Assembly (NCBI GenBank): GCA_965207575.1
Contig: OZ242288.1
Location: 2,941,467 to 3,005,466, forward strand
DNA length: 64,000 nucleotides
Reading direction: 5' to 3'
Source: an uncultured Candidatus Binatia bacterium
Lineage (GTDB): Bacteria > Desulfobacterota > Binatia > Bin18
Below the pieces are notes generated by a model. That model was not told where the DNA came from. It was given only the letters and a program-made list of their open reading frames with translations, and did not search any database. Position numbers and translations under genes: made by a program. This document shows positions 48,660-58,597 of the stretch, piece by piece. Each line of letters begins with the position of its first letter. Position 1 is the first letter of the stretch.

Positions 48660-48848
48660 AGCCTATTCCCCTTTGGGTCATGTCTCCGGTTGAACAATGC
48701 TGACCTGCCCATGTCGGCCCCCGTGCGCACGGGGAGCCCCTGACCAGCCTCCCGTACATCATGACCACCCGTTTGTCCCTATGAGAACTACTAGGGTCAG
48801 AAAGAATTATGAGGCGCGGGCGGCGCGGCGCTCAAGGCGAACGCCGCG

Positions 48849-48928
48849 CCTGCCCCGGACACGATCCGGGGTCCGGCATGACGAACACGTACTGGCGCGG
48901 CTCCAACGTATCGTGCAACGCGCTAGCC
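48849..48928 (+). repeat. Partial MITE-like repeat, copy D (3' half only)
   Basis: GCCTGCCCCGGACACGATCCGGGGTCCGGCATGACGAA...TATCGTGCAACGCGCTAGCC. It lies at the junction of the tandem protease duplication. Confidence 0.45.
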
Positions 48929-48997
48929 AGAGCAGGGGTCGCCCCCGCAGCGCATCGGGCTCCGCGCGCACGCGGGTGCCGGGTATCCCGCCCGGTC

Positions 48998-51979
48998 TTA
49001 GGGTGTGGCATATACCTTGTACGAACTGATCTGGTTGTTCAGCCCGTACGCGCCCAAACCGACCGCCTGCGGCCCCACGAAGGTCTGCGTCGGGCCACCG
49101 AAGGCCCAGTCGCGGAACACCTCTACGGTATAGCCCGCCCCGATGCGGAGACTGGAGACCCGATCGTTGTGCGTCCCCCCGATCCACGCCACCTCCACCG
49201 GGCCCGTATGCACGATCTCCCAGCCGCCCGCCCCATTCACCCCCTGGTCCCGTAACACCAGCGCTTCGGCCGCCACGGGCGTGGCATACAGCTTGTACGA
49301 ACTGATCTGGTTGTCCAGCCCGGACCCGGCCAAATCCACCGTCTGCGGCCCGACATAGGTCAGCCGTGCCCCCGTGTAGTTCCAATGGCGGAACACCTGC
49401 ACGGTATAGCCATCCCCGATGAGGAGGCTGGAGACCGCATCATTGTGCGCCCCCCCCATCTCCGCCACCTCCACCGGACCCGGATGCGCGGTCTCCCAGC
49501 CGCCCGCCTCCGCCGGTCCATGTTCCCGCAACATCAGCGCCGGCGCGACATATACCTTGTACGAGCTGATATCGTTGTTCAGCGTATCCCCGGCCAAATC
49601 CACTGTCTGTGGCCCGATGTAGGTCTGCCGCGTGCCCTTGAAGCTATAATAGCGGAACACCTCCACGGTGTAGCCAGCGGCAATGGTGAGGCTGGAGATG
49701 ACATTATTGTCCCCCGGCACGAGCCGGCGTACCTCGGCCGGCGCACTATGCACGATCTCCACCCCGCCTGTCTCCCCCACCCCCTTATCCCGCAACACCA
49801 GTACCTCGGGGGACGTTCCCGCCGAGGTGAGAGACAGGCGGTAAGAGCTGACATCATTGTTCAGGGCGGCCAAATCCACGCTCTGCGGCCCCACGTATCT
49901 CTCCCGCGCTCCCCGGAAGACGTCTCGGCGGAACACCTGCACGGTATAGCCATCCCCAATGAGGAGGCTGGAGACCTGATCGTTGTCCGCCCACCCGATC
50001 CACCGCACCTCGACCGGATCGTCGTGCGCAATCTCCCAGGCGCTGGTCTCCCCCAACTGACTCTCCCGCAACACCAGCGCCTCGGCTACGGCCACAGCAG
50101 GCGTGACGTAGAGCTTGTAGGAATTGATCCGGTTGTCCAACACATGCCCGGTCAAATCCACGCTCTGCGGCCCCACATAGGTCTGCCGCGCCGCCTTGAA
50201 GTTGTCATAGCGGAATACCTCGACAGTATAGCCATCCCCGATGAGGAGGCTGGAGACCTGATCGTTGCGCGCCCCCAGCGACGCCACCTCGACTGGCGCA
50301 GTCTGCGTGATCTTCCAGCCGCCCGCCTCATGCAACCCGTGCTCCCGCAACACCAGCGGCGCGGAGGTCGTAAACGGATCGGTGTTCACAATAATCTCCG
50401 GCAACGGGTCTATTTGGACGGTCTCCTCCCCCAGGGCCAGCTTGACCGCACGGTAGGCGTTGAGCCGACGACCGTCGGCCAGATTCCTCTCCCGTGGATC
50501 GACATTGCCGGCGGCGTCCAGCCCATCGAACGCCTCAATGATGTCGGCGGAGGCGCGGAGCTTGGCCTTCAACTCACCGGGGGTCAGGGTGGGTTTGACC
50601 ATCAACATCAGGGCCGCCACGCCCGCCACTTGCGGGGCGGCAAGAGAGGTGCCTTTTCGATTGTCGTCTAATGTTGGGATCCAAAGTGCCCCGGTGGCAA
50701 TATCGATATGGGAACCATAGGTGGAGCGAACCCAAATGAGTTCCCCGTTATCATCCCAGTCCCGTTCCGTGCCGCCCACCTGTATCACGTTGTCCAGGCC
50801 GGGCCAACATTGCTGCCCACTGAGACTCACCGCAGACGCAAAGTCCGCCGGCAGGTGTACAGCGTCAGCTCCCCCCGATTCCTTAGGGGAATTTCCGGCA
50901 GCAATGACGAACAGCCCGGCTGAATAATCCTGAAGGGCCTGGTACTCTACTATCAACGAGTTGGCCGGCGTCAGACTATAGTCGGTACAGCTCTGATAGG
51001 CATGATAGTGGGCCAGACTCACATTGATAATATCCAACTGGTTGTGCCGCGCGAAATCCACGCCTTGGACGGCGTCCAGCGTGGTGAAAGAGAGATCGCC
51101 AACCCGGATGCCCACAAGCTCGACATCCTGGGCCACCCCGAAGCTGCCATACCCATTATTGAACTCCCCGGCGGCCACCCCGGCCACCAGGGAGCCATGA
51201 TCATCAGAGACAGTATTGGGGTCCGCATCGTGCGTGTCTCCCACAAAATCCCGGCCGCCATTACACGTGGTCATCGCGCCATTCTCATCCCGACAATTGG
51301 TCTTGCTCCATTTCTTCCCGGCTAGATCTCGGTTGCTGAAGTCCACGCCCGTATCGAGTATGCCAATCGTGATGGGTCCGGCCCCAGTGGGCCGGGCCTG
51401 CGCGCGGTCCCACACCTCATCCCACGCATCTCGGAGTTGGATCGCCTTGAGATGCCAGGCCGCACGGCGGCCTGGGTCGGGATTGGAGGTCTGGTCCGTG
51501 GTGTAGGCCGCACTGGTCTGGTGGGGGTAGTACAGGAAGTTGGGTTGCGCGTGCAGCACGCCGGCGAGTGGGCTGGTCTTGAGCCGGGCGATGACGGTGT
51601 GGGGGTCTTCCTCCTCCCCCAGGGCAATCGCTTCGGTCTGGAGGGAGTCGATGCGCGTCATCACCTCCGCCGACGGGAAGCCGTTGGTCCGCAGCAGGTC
51701 ATCGACCACGCCCACCGGCCTGAGTGGAATGTCAACATCAGCCTGGTCCCCCACGAACCCGCCGAGTCCGCCGGGCAACTTGTCCCAGAGATCGTCCAAG
51801 AGGTCTTCGAGATGGGCGGTGTAGACCGTCTCGTCGTATTGAATCAACACCACCCCCATTTCGTAGGCGGGGGCGGCCCCCGGGTCGCCCGGAGTGGGCT
51901 GCGCCAGGACTGAACCCCCCAGGAAGAGCGCGGCGAGACACCCGCCAGCGAGGAAACGCAGGGTTTTCAATAGCAGCAT
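48998..51979 (-). CDS. Secreted subtilisin-like (S8) serine peptidase, tandem paralog with about six beta-gamma-crystallin-like repeats
   Basis: Same architecture as 46182-48659. Start taken at MLLLKTLRF (51979), matching the paralog and the duplicated 5' region. Confidence 0.8.
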   Translation of the reverse strand: MLLLKTLRFLAGGCLAALFLGGSVLAQPTPGDPGAAPAYEMGVVLIQYDETVYTAHLEDLLDDLWDKLPGGLGGFVGDQADVDIPLRPVGVVDDLLRTNGFPSAEVMTRIDSLQTEAIALGEEEDPHTVIARLKTSPLAGVLHAQPNFLYYPHQTSAAYTTDQTSNPDPGRRAAWHLKAIQLRDAWDEVWDRAQARPTGAGPITIGILDTGVDFSNRDLAGKKWSKTNCRDENGAMTTCNGGRDFVGDTHDADPNTVSDDHGSLVAGVAAGEFNNGYGSFGVAQDVELVGIRVGDLSFTTLDAVQGVDFARHNQLDIINVSLAHYHAYQSCTDYSLTPANSLIVEYQALQDYSAGLFVIAAGNSPKESGGADAVHLPADFASAVSLSGQQCWPGLDNVIQVGGTERDWDDNGELIWVRSTYGSHIDIATGALWIPTLDDNRKGTSLAAPQVAGVAALMLMVKPTLTPGELKAKLRASADIIEAFDGLDAAGNVDPRERNLADGRRLNAYRAVKLALGEETVQIDPLPEIIVNTDPFTTSAPLVLREHGLHEAGGWKITQTAPVEVASLGARNDQVSSLLIGDGYTVEVFRYDNFKAARQTYVGPQSVDLTGHVLDNRINSYKLYVTPAVAVAEALVLRESQLGETSAWEIAHDDPVEVRWIGWADNDQVSSLLIGDGYTVQVFRRDVFRGARERYVGPQSVDLAALNNDVSSYRLSLTSAGTSPEVLVLRDKGVGETGGVEIVHSAPAEVRRLVPGDNNVISSLTIAAGYTVEVFRYYSFKGTRQTYIGPQTVDLAGDTLNNDISSYKVYVAPALMLREHGPAEAGGWETAHPGPVEVAEMGGAHNDAVSSLLIGDGYTVQVFRHWNYTGARLTYVGPQTVDLAGSGLDNQISSYKLYATPVAAEALVLRDQGVNGAGGWEIVHTGPVEVAWIGGTHNDRVSSLRIGAGYTVEVFRDWAFGGPTQTFVGPQAVGLGAYGLNNQISSYKVYATP

Positions 51980-52282
51980 AGCCGACTCCTCCTTGGATCG
52001 TGTCTCCTGGTGAAACATTCCGCCCCGTCCAGTTCGGCCCCTCGTGTTTCCCGCTCGGCGACACCGGGCGCACGGGGGGCCCCTGGCTAGCCTCCCGTAC
52101 ACCATGACCGCCCGTTTGTCCCTAGAAGAATTACTAGGGTCGGAAAGAATTATGAGGCGCGGTCGTCAGTGAGAACCGTAGGGTATACATTTCGTAAAAC
52201 CCGTCTTCTCCTGATAATAAGAGGAGGTTCGGCTTGACCATGAGGGGAAACAGTGCGAACCACGAGGAAAAAGGAGGCCAGC

Positions 52283-53509
52283 ATGGACCTCATTCTCAGA
52301 AATGGACGCATTGCCGGACAGGAGGATCAGACGACCGTTGATATTGGTATCCAGAATGGCCGTATAGCAGCCATAGAATCCAAGCTGTCAGCCGACGGGC
52401 GTGCGCTTGACCTGCGGGGTCGTTTAGTCGCACCTGGCTTCATTGAAACCCATATCCATCTGGACAAATCCTGCATCCTGGACCGCTGCCGGTCGGCCGA
52501 AGGGAATCTGGAGGAAGTCCTCGTCCAAGTCACTGCTGCCAAACAGGCGTTCACCGCAGAAGACGTGCACCAACGGGCAGCCCGCACCTTGGAAAAATGT
52601 ATCCTGCACGGCACCACCCATGTGCGTACCCACCTTGAGGTTGACCCTGGCATAGGGCTGCGTGGCCTCGACGGGGTGCTCCCCCTCATCCGGGAATATC
52701 AGTGGGCGCTGGACCTTGAGGTGTGCGTCTTTCCGCAGGAAGGCCTGCTCAATAATCCGGGGACCGACGAACTTTTAGTTGCCGCGCTCAATCGGGGCGC
52801 GAGCGTTATTGGCGCCGCCCCTTACACGGACACTGATCCACACGGTCAGATGGATCGCATCTTTGCACTGGCTCGCGAGTTCAACGTTGATATCGATATG
52901 CATTTGGACTTCGGCCATACCTCGGACGAGCTGGATATTGAGTATGTGTGCGATCTGACGGAAAAGTTCGGCTATGGGGGCCGGGTCACCGTCGGCCATG
53001 TGACCAAGATGTCAACGGTTTCTCCGGAACGGTTTTTCGCCCTCGCCCAGCGTCTGGCGAATATCGGCGTCGCGGTCACCGTGCTGCCCGCGACGGACCT
53101 CTACCTGATGGGTCGTCACCAGGATCACAATATTATCCGTGGCGTGACTCCAGCGCATAAACTCGTACAGCGAGGCGTTACCTGTTCGCTCTCGACCAAT
53201 AATGTGCTTAATCCCTTCACGCCGTTTGGCGACTGCTCGTTGATTCGTATGGCCAACCTGTACGCCAATATCTGCCAGGTGGATAATCAAGAGGAAGTGC
53301 GGGCCTGCTTTGATATGGTCACTCGATGTTCAGCCCAAATACTGGGACTCGAAGACTATGGCGTGGAGGTCGGAAAAGCGGCCGATCTGGTTGTCCTGGA
53401 CTGTACGACACCCGAGGCAGCCGTAGCCGAAGTCGTCCCCCCGCTGTACGGCTTCAAACGCGGACGGCAGACATTCACCAGAAAACCGGCTGAGCTGCAT
53501 CGGCCCTGA
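52283..53509 (+). CDS. Cytosine-deaminase-like metal-dependent amidohydrolase (CodA/creatinine-deaminase/AtzC-type)
   Basis: HIHLDK metal motif plus ...HVTKMS... and ...DL... as in CodA-type amidohydrolases. Start at MDLILRNGRI. Confidence 0.65.
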   Translation: MDLILRNGRIAGQEDQTTVDIGIQNGRIAAIESKLSADGRALDLRGRLVAPGFIETHIHLDKSCILDRCRSAEGNLEEVLVQVTAAKQAFTAEDVHQRAARTLEKCILHGTTHVRTHLEVDPGIGLRGLDGVLPLIREYQWALDLEVCVFPQEGLLNNPGTDELLVAALNRGASVIGAAPYTDTDPHGQMDRIFALAREFNVDIDMHLDFGHTSDELDIEYVCDLTEKFGYGGRVTVGHVTKMSTVSPERFFALAQRLANIGVAVTVLPATDLYLMGRHQDHNIIRGVTPAHKLVQRGVTCSLSTNNVLNPFTPFGDCSLIRMANLYANICQVDNQEEVRACFDMVTRCSAQILGLEDYGVEVGKAADLVVLDCTTPEAAVAEVVPPLYGFKRGRQTFTRKPAELHRP

Positions 53510-53516
53510 GGCTACC

Positions 53517-54686
53517 ATGAACGATCCCTTAGGCGCATTCTGTCGCCACACCCACGTCACGCTTCCCGGTTCAGAGACGGGGCCGCTCGCGGGTCTGTCT
53601 CTTGCGGTAAAAGACGTGTTCCATATCGAAGGGCACCGAACGGGAGCGGGCAATCCGGACTGGCTGCGGACCCATCCCGTAGCCGAGACCACAGCTCCTG
53701 CGGTGCAACGTCTCCTGGATGCGGGCGCCCGTATTGTGGGCAAAACGCACACGGATGAGCTGGCCTACAGTCTCAACGGTGAAAATGTCCACTACGGCAC
53801 ACCGGTGAATCCGAACGCCGCGGGCCGTATCCCAGGGGGCTCTTCCAGTGGCTCGGCTGCCGCGGTCGCCGGCGGTCTGGTGGATTTTGCCATTGGAACC
53901 GACTGTGGCGGTTCGGTGCGTTTACCGGCCAGCTACTGCGGGATATTTGGTTTTCGACCGACCCACGGGCGTATTCCGCTTGACGAAATAGCCCCCCTCG
54001 CGTCAAGCTTTGACACGGTCGGGTGGTTTACCCGAGACGCCAGACTCTTGGAAAAGGTCGGTCGGGTGCTCCTGGACGATCAGAGCGACGCGCGACCTCC
54101 ACGCCAACTGCTCCTGGCCTCAGATGCATTTACTCTGGCCGGCGGTACGGTCACCGCAGCACTCCAACCCGCAGTCACAAAACTCAGCCAGGCTATTGGC
54201 CCGTCACAGTCCGTCACCATCAATCCTGGGGGACTTTCGGAATGGATGCAGCTTTTCCGGGTTCTGCAAGGCGCGGAGATCTGGGCCAATCACGGCGCTT
54301 GGATTCGCGCAGTCCAGCCTACTTTCGGGCCGGATATTCATAAACGCTTCGAGTGGACGGCCACAATCCAGCAAGCCGAGGTGGACGGCGCCAGGGAAAA
54401 ACGAGAACAGGTTGCCGCTCGCATGGATGCGTTCCTCGAAGAGGATAGCATCTTATGTCTCCCGACCGCACCCGGCATTGCCCCGCTTCGGCATACACCT
54501 GCGGATGAACTGGAGGTGTTTCGGGCTCAGGCGTTGAGTCTCTTATGTATCGCCGGCCTGGCCCGTCTCCCTCAAGTCAACCTGCCGTTGGGTACTCTTG
54601 ATGGTTGCCCGACCGGCATATCCCTCGTTGGGCCACGCGGAGCGGATATGTTGCTGCTGAAGATTGCGGTAAGCCTGACTCTTTAG
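53517..54686 (+). CDS. Amidase-signature-family amidase
   Basis: GGSSSGSAAAVAGG signature and the Ser-cisSer-Lys triad region. Confidence 0.8.
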   Translation: MNDPLGAFCRHTHVTLPGSETGPLAGLSLAVKDVFHIEGHRTGAGNPDWLRTHPVAETTAPAVQRLLDAGARIVGKTHTDELAYSLNGENVHYGTPVNPNAAGRIPGGSSSGSAAAVAGGLVDFAIGTDCGGSVRLPASYCGIFGFRPTHGRIPLDEIAPLASSFDTVGWFTRDARLLEKVGRVLLDDQSDARPPRQLLLASDAFTLAGGTVTAALQPAVTKLSQAIGPSQSVTINPGGLSEWMQLFRVLQGAEIWANHGAWIRAVQPTFGPDIHKRFEWTATIQQAEVDGAREKREQVAARMDAFLEEDSILCLPTAPGIAPLRHTPADELEVFRAQALSLLCIAGLARLPQVNLPLGTLDGCPTGISLVGPRGADMLLLKIAVSLTL

Positions 54687-54696
54687 GTCTAAGGGT

Positions 54697-55086
54697 CTAC
54701 CACTGCTCTACTGTAAGTCCCTCAACAGCCTGAAAATGTTCGTCTCGCGTCGCAAGCGTCAGTTGATGTTGCATGGCCGTAGCAGCGATCCAAATATCGT
54801 TTTCGGGGATAGGATGACCTTTCGTCCTTAAATGATCTTTGATGGCTCCGTAGTGCTGTGCAGTAATGAGATCACAGCCAAGGACGACATTCCCTACTGT
54901 AAGCATATTGATACGGGATATATTCGTTTCCGCATGGGCAGATTTCTGCGCCCCATAATACAACTCGCCCAATACGATGCTGGAAAGGAGTACCTCATCG
55001 GCTTCTGCCAAGTGCTGCTGTACCACAGCTTCCCCGGCAAAAAGAGCAATGACAATATTCGTATCAATCAGTATTCTACCACTCAT
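54697..55086 (-). CDS. vapC: PIN-domain toxin VapC (second copy)
   Basis: MSGRILIDTNIVIALF... PIN N-terminus; start chosen at the internal Met that overlaps the antitoxin. Confidence 0.7.
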   Translation of the reverse strand: MSGRILIDTNIVIALFAGEAVVQQHLAEADEVLLSSIVLGELYYGAQKSAHAETNISRINMLTVGNVVLGCDLITAQHYGAIKDHLRTKGHPIPENDIWIAATAMQHQLTLATRDEHFQAVEGLTVEQW

Positions 55087-55306
55087 TGGGCTGTATCTGC
55101 TCGCAGCCTTCTTTGATCGATTGTTGCATGGTGGCGAGATCATCGGCCTCGATCAAGCCGACAAAACGCAATAATGTCTGCCCGGGCGCCCCATGCACTC
55201 GGGCCGTCGCCAGGGCGCGCGCAAACTCCAGCACCTGCCGTTGTTGCTCAAGAGATAGTTGCATGAGTTGCTCCTGAATTTCTGCCTCAAGTGTTGAGTA
55301 TGACAT
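55076..55306 (-). CDS. vapB: VapB-like antitoxin (small acidic protein upstream of the PIN toxin)
   Basis: 76 aa, overlapping the vapC start. Confidence 0.45.
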   Translation of the reverse strand: MSYSTLEAEIQEQLMQLSLEQQRQVLEFARALATARVHGAPGQTLLRFVGLIEADDLATMQQSIKEGCEQIQPNEW

Positions 55307-55490
55307 GACAAGGTTCCTCCCTGATAGAGAAAGACGAGGTCAGCTAAAGAGTCGCCTACTCCCCAATTCTCGGTGTATTGTAAGCATTTCCATCGACAAA
55401 TTCGAGTGGGATTCTCTGCCCTGCCCAATCCCTTTTCTCCCTGATATAGGAGGGAGTAGGCTTTTCTTTTCTCGCATAACCAAAGGACAG

Positions 55491-55644
55491 CTCTATGCGC
55501 TTTGGCACCTATTATTTTCTTCAGGCTCCCCCAGGCAGCTCGCATGAAGAGGTTATTCACCGGGAGTTTGCGCAGATTCTGCTCAGCGAAGAACTCGGCT
55601 ACGATAGTGTCTGGCTGACCGAGCACCACTTTATTGAGTTCTGA
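55491..55644 (+). pseudogene. 5' fragment (50 codons) of an LLM oxidoreductase gene, duplicate of 58598-58747
   Basis: About 95% nucleotide identity to the first 150 bp of the intact LLM gene; diverges abruptly after CACTTTATTGAG and stops. Confidence 0.6.
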
Positions 55645-55668
55645 AGAATTTTTCTTTTCAGGCTCGGC

Positions 55669-58167
55669 TCAGCCGGCTTTCTTTTCTGCATCGGCCGCTT
55701 CCTGCCCATACACAAAACGCGGTTGAAACCGATTCAAGACCGCCGGCAGGACCGTCATCGACACAATCAAGCAGGCCCCCATACTGAGTGAAAGCATGAC
55801 ACCCAGGTAAAAGAGGGACTCGAAGTTCGAGGTGAGAAAAATCAGGAAGCCGCCGATAACCACGACCGCATTAAAAAAGATGGCCTTGCCCGAGGTAGCC
55901 ATCGTGGCCGCTGTAATCTGCGTGGGGTCTGTGAGCCCCTCTCGGACTTTGACCCGATACTTACTCAGAAAGTGAATCGTATAATCGATGCCAATCCCGA
56001 TGGTCATCGAGGCAGTGAGCGATTTCCCAATCTCCAGCGGGATATTCAGCAGCCCCAGCAGCCCAAAGCTAAAAATCATCACCAGGCTAATCGGCAGGAC
56101 ATTAATCAGCCCGGCAACGAACGAGCGAAACATGATCGTGGTGAGCAGAAAGACCGCACCGAGCGAGGTCGCCAAGCTCGCCAGTTGCCCGGACACAATC
56201 AGTTCGCTCAGGCGGTTCAGGAGGTAGCCATTACCCGCAATCCCGATCCGAAAGCCGCTGTTCGTCTCCCACCCCGCCACCGTGGGATCAATGCCGGCCA
56301 ACCAGCGGCCCAAGCGGAGTCCCAGCGGATCATGCGCGTCCGTGTCGGTGGTTCCAATCTGGCCGAATTCCTGGACCGCAAAGTCCCGGATAATCTGCAC
56401 GACACGTTCGACGTCTCGGGTCCTATCGGAGCGCAGATAGACCGCTACGTTGGCATGCTGGTAGTCATAGTCCACGACATCGTCGAAATCATCCGTATCT
56501 CCCGAAAACGAATACAGCAGCAGATACTGGGCAACCAGGTCACGAGAGGTCGGGATGACTTCCATTTCTGCCCGATCTTCATTCATGACCCGGTTCATGC
56601 GTTTGATGTATTCCGCTAATGACAAGGAGCCACCCACGTCAGGATCCTGCTCCACCCGCGTTTGCAGGCGGTCCAGTTGATCGAGCAGGACCGGATCTTT
56701 GAGCCGATCAGGCTCATGCCCTTCGATCGCCACATAGATAGGCACGGTGCCTTGAAATGTATCGCGCAGGACCCTATCGCTCACGCGCATCTCGTGGGAT
56801 GGGTGAAACATACCAACCATGGTCGAGTTCACGACAATCCGCTGCGTGCCGAGCACGCACAGTGCAACAACGAGCGCGGCCGGCACCCACACGACCAGTG
56901 GACGACGTGCCATACCGCGACCCAGGCGCGCCAAGAAGCTGGCTGCCCAGCCGGCGGCTGCCAGGTCTCCACTCCGGCGCATTTGATTGCGCAGGCCCTG
57001 GCTGACGGTCGGCGACAACAAACTCAACATGGCCGGGAAAAAGGTCAGCGAGAAGAGCATCGCGGCCAGGATTCCCACTCCACTAAACACCCCAAAATAG
57101 CGGATGGGGACAACGGTCGCAGTCAGAAAGGATAAGAACCCGGCTGCGGTGGTCAGCGAGGTCAAAATGACGGGCTGCCACATCTCACTCATAGTCACAA
57201 TCACGGCGTCAGCTGAGGAAATATCCGGATGCTCCAACAGCTCTTCGTAATAGCGACTCAGAATATGAATGCCATCCGCCACGCCGATGGCCATGAGAAC
57301 GACCGGCATTATGGAGGTGACAAAGTACATAGGAATACCAAGCGCGGCCATAATACCGAGGGTCCAGATCACCGACACGACCACGACCGCCAGCGGCAGG
57401 AGGACGCCGCGCAGGCTTCGATACGTACAATATAAGATTCCCAGAAGCACGACCAAGGTCAGGGGTAAGAAGGTTTCCATGTCGCGCGCTTCCTCTTCCG
57501 ACAAGGTGACTTCGATCGCTCCACGCCCGGCAATATGAAATTCTTCCGGCACGCCCGTCGCCTTTTTAGCCTCGACCATGTCACGGATCGTGGTATACAC
57601 AGTCATCCGTTGCGCCGTGCCTGCCTGTGTGTCTTCGGTTGGCTCCATCTTGGCCATGATGAGCAATCCCGTGCCGTCTTGCGATACGACCCAATTGACG
57701 AACATGTGATTGGCGAAGATGGCCTGTTTAAGATCTGCCAGCGCATTGGCTGCGTCGGGAACGGCTTCCATAAACGGATCAACGTTTATACCGTCTACGG
57801 TGCCAGTGATATTATCCATCGTGGCGATACTGGCCACATCTTCGTCCCGGATGGCTTTGATACCGGGTTGCAGAGCAAGGCGTTCCGAGAACTCTTTGAC
57901 AATACCTAAGGTCCGCGGATTAAAGACGCCATTCTCGTCGGCGTTGTCGTTCAGTACCCCGATCATAATGAGATCACGGATGCCGAATCGTTCTTCAACC
58001 ACTCTGCTATAGGTGAGGATCGGATCATCGAAGGGGAACATGGCCTCAACATCGTTATCAAAGCGTAATGTTTGAATCGGGAGTACGGCCAGCACGGTAC
58101 TACCGAGGACCAGCACGATGACCAGCCAGCGGAAACGGATGACAGCCCGAAAGAATGATTCCATCAT
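55669..58167 (-). CDS. MMPL/RND-superfamily membrane transporter
   Basis: 832 aa with two 6-TM bundles, each followed by a large periplasmic loop; MMPL-domain pattern. Confidence 0.75.
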   Translation of the reverse strand: MMESFFRAVIRFRWLVIVLVLGSTVLAVLPIQTLRFDNDVEAMFPFDDPILTYSRVVEERFGIRDLIMIGVLNDNADENGVFNPRTLGIVKEFSERLALQPGIKAIRDEDVASIATMDNITGTVDGINVDPFMEAVPDAANALADLKQAIFANHMFVNWVVSQDGTGLLIMAKMEPTEDTQAGTAQRMTVYTTIRDMVEAKKATGVPEEFHIAGRGAIEVTLSEEEARDMETFLPLTLVVLLGILYCTYRSLRGVLLPLAVVVVSVIWTLGIMAALGIPMYFVTSIMPVVLMAIGVADGIHILSRYYEELLEHPDISSADAVIVTMSEMWQPVILTSLTTAAGFLSFLTATVVPIRYFGVFSGVGILAAMLFSLTFFPAMLSLLSPTVSQGLRNQMRRSGDLAAAGWAASFLARLGRGMARRPLVVWVPAALVVALCVLGTQRIVVNSTMVGMFHPSHEMRVSDRVLRDTFQGTVPIYVAIEGHEPDRLKDPVLLDQLDRLQTRVEQDPDVGGSLSLAEYIKRMNRVMNEDRAEMEVIPTSRDLVAQYLLLYSFSGDTDDFDDVVDYDYQHANVAVYLRSDRTRDVERVVQIIRDFAVQEFGQIGTTDTDAHDPLGLRLGRWLAGIDPTVAGWETNSGFRIGIAGNGYLLNRLSELIVSGQLASLATSLGAVFLLTTIMFRSFVAGLINVLPISLVMIFSFGLLGLLNIPLEIGKSLTASMTIGIGIDYTIHFLSKYRVKVREGLTDPTQITAATMATSGKAIFFNAVVVIGGFLIFLTSNFESLFYLGVMLSLSMGACLIVSMTVLPAVLNRFQPRFVYGQEAADAEKKAG

Positions 58168-58597
58168 TTCCTCCTCCTTGGATTCTTACTTAGCGGACGT
58201 TTCTTGCCGCAGCGAACACGAGTGCGTTGCCTGGACGTGGCGATCCACAGTAGGGCCAGGATCCTATCTGCTAGCTCAGCCTATTCTCTGCTATACTCTC
58301 AGCGATCAATGTGTCAACTTAACGAAGGGTATTGTCAAGTTATGGAACTCGCGAATTTGGCTTTCCCACCCGGGGGTAAAAATGGGCCTCAGGTGGGCCG
58401 TACCTCCCACCCCGGATAGAGCAACAGATCATGAGCGAGATATTCTTCCTACTCCCCCTACCACTTTTCGCTGTCTCTGCGATAATTTGACAATACCAAA
58501 CTGATACACGACCTGCCCCTTGCCCTGCCCACTCCGGTCTATCTCTGCTAGGAAAAGGAAGGTCCCTCTTCTTCCGACAGCAACAAAGGAACAGACC

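Noticed and set aside
55153-55629. Minus-strand ORFs of 158 aa (and a 130-aa twin at 58340-58732) spanning the repeat regions.
   Set aside because: They are mirror images produced by the duplicated 150-bp LLM 5' segment and its upstream region. They have no recognisable protein features.
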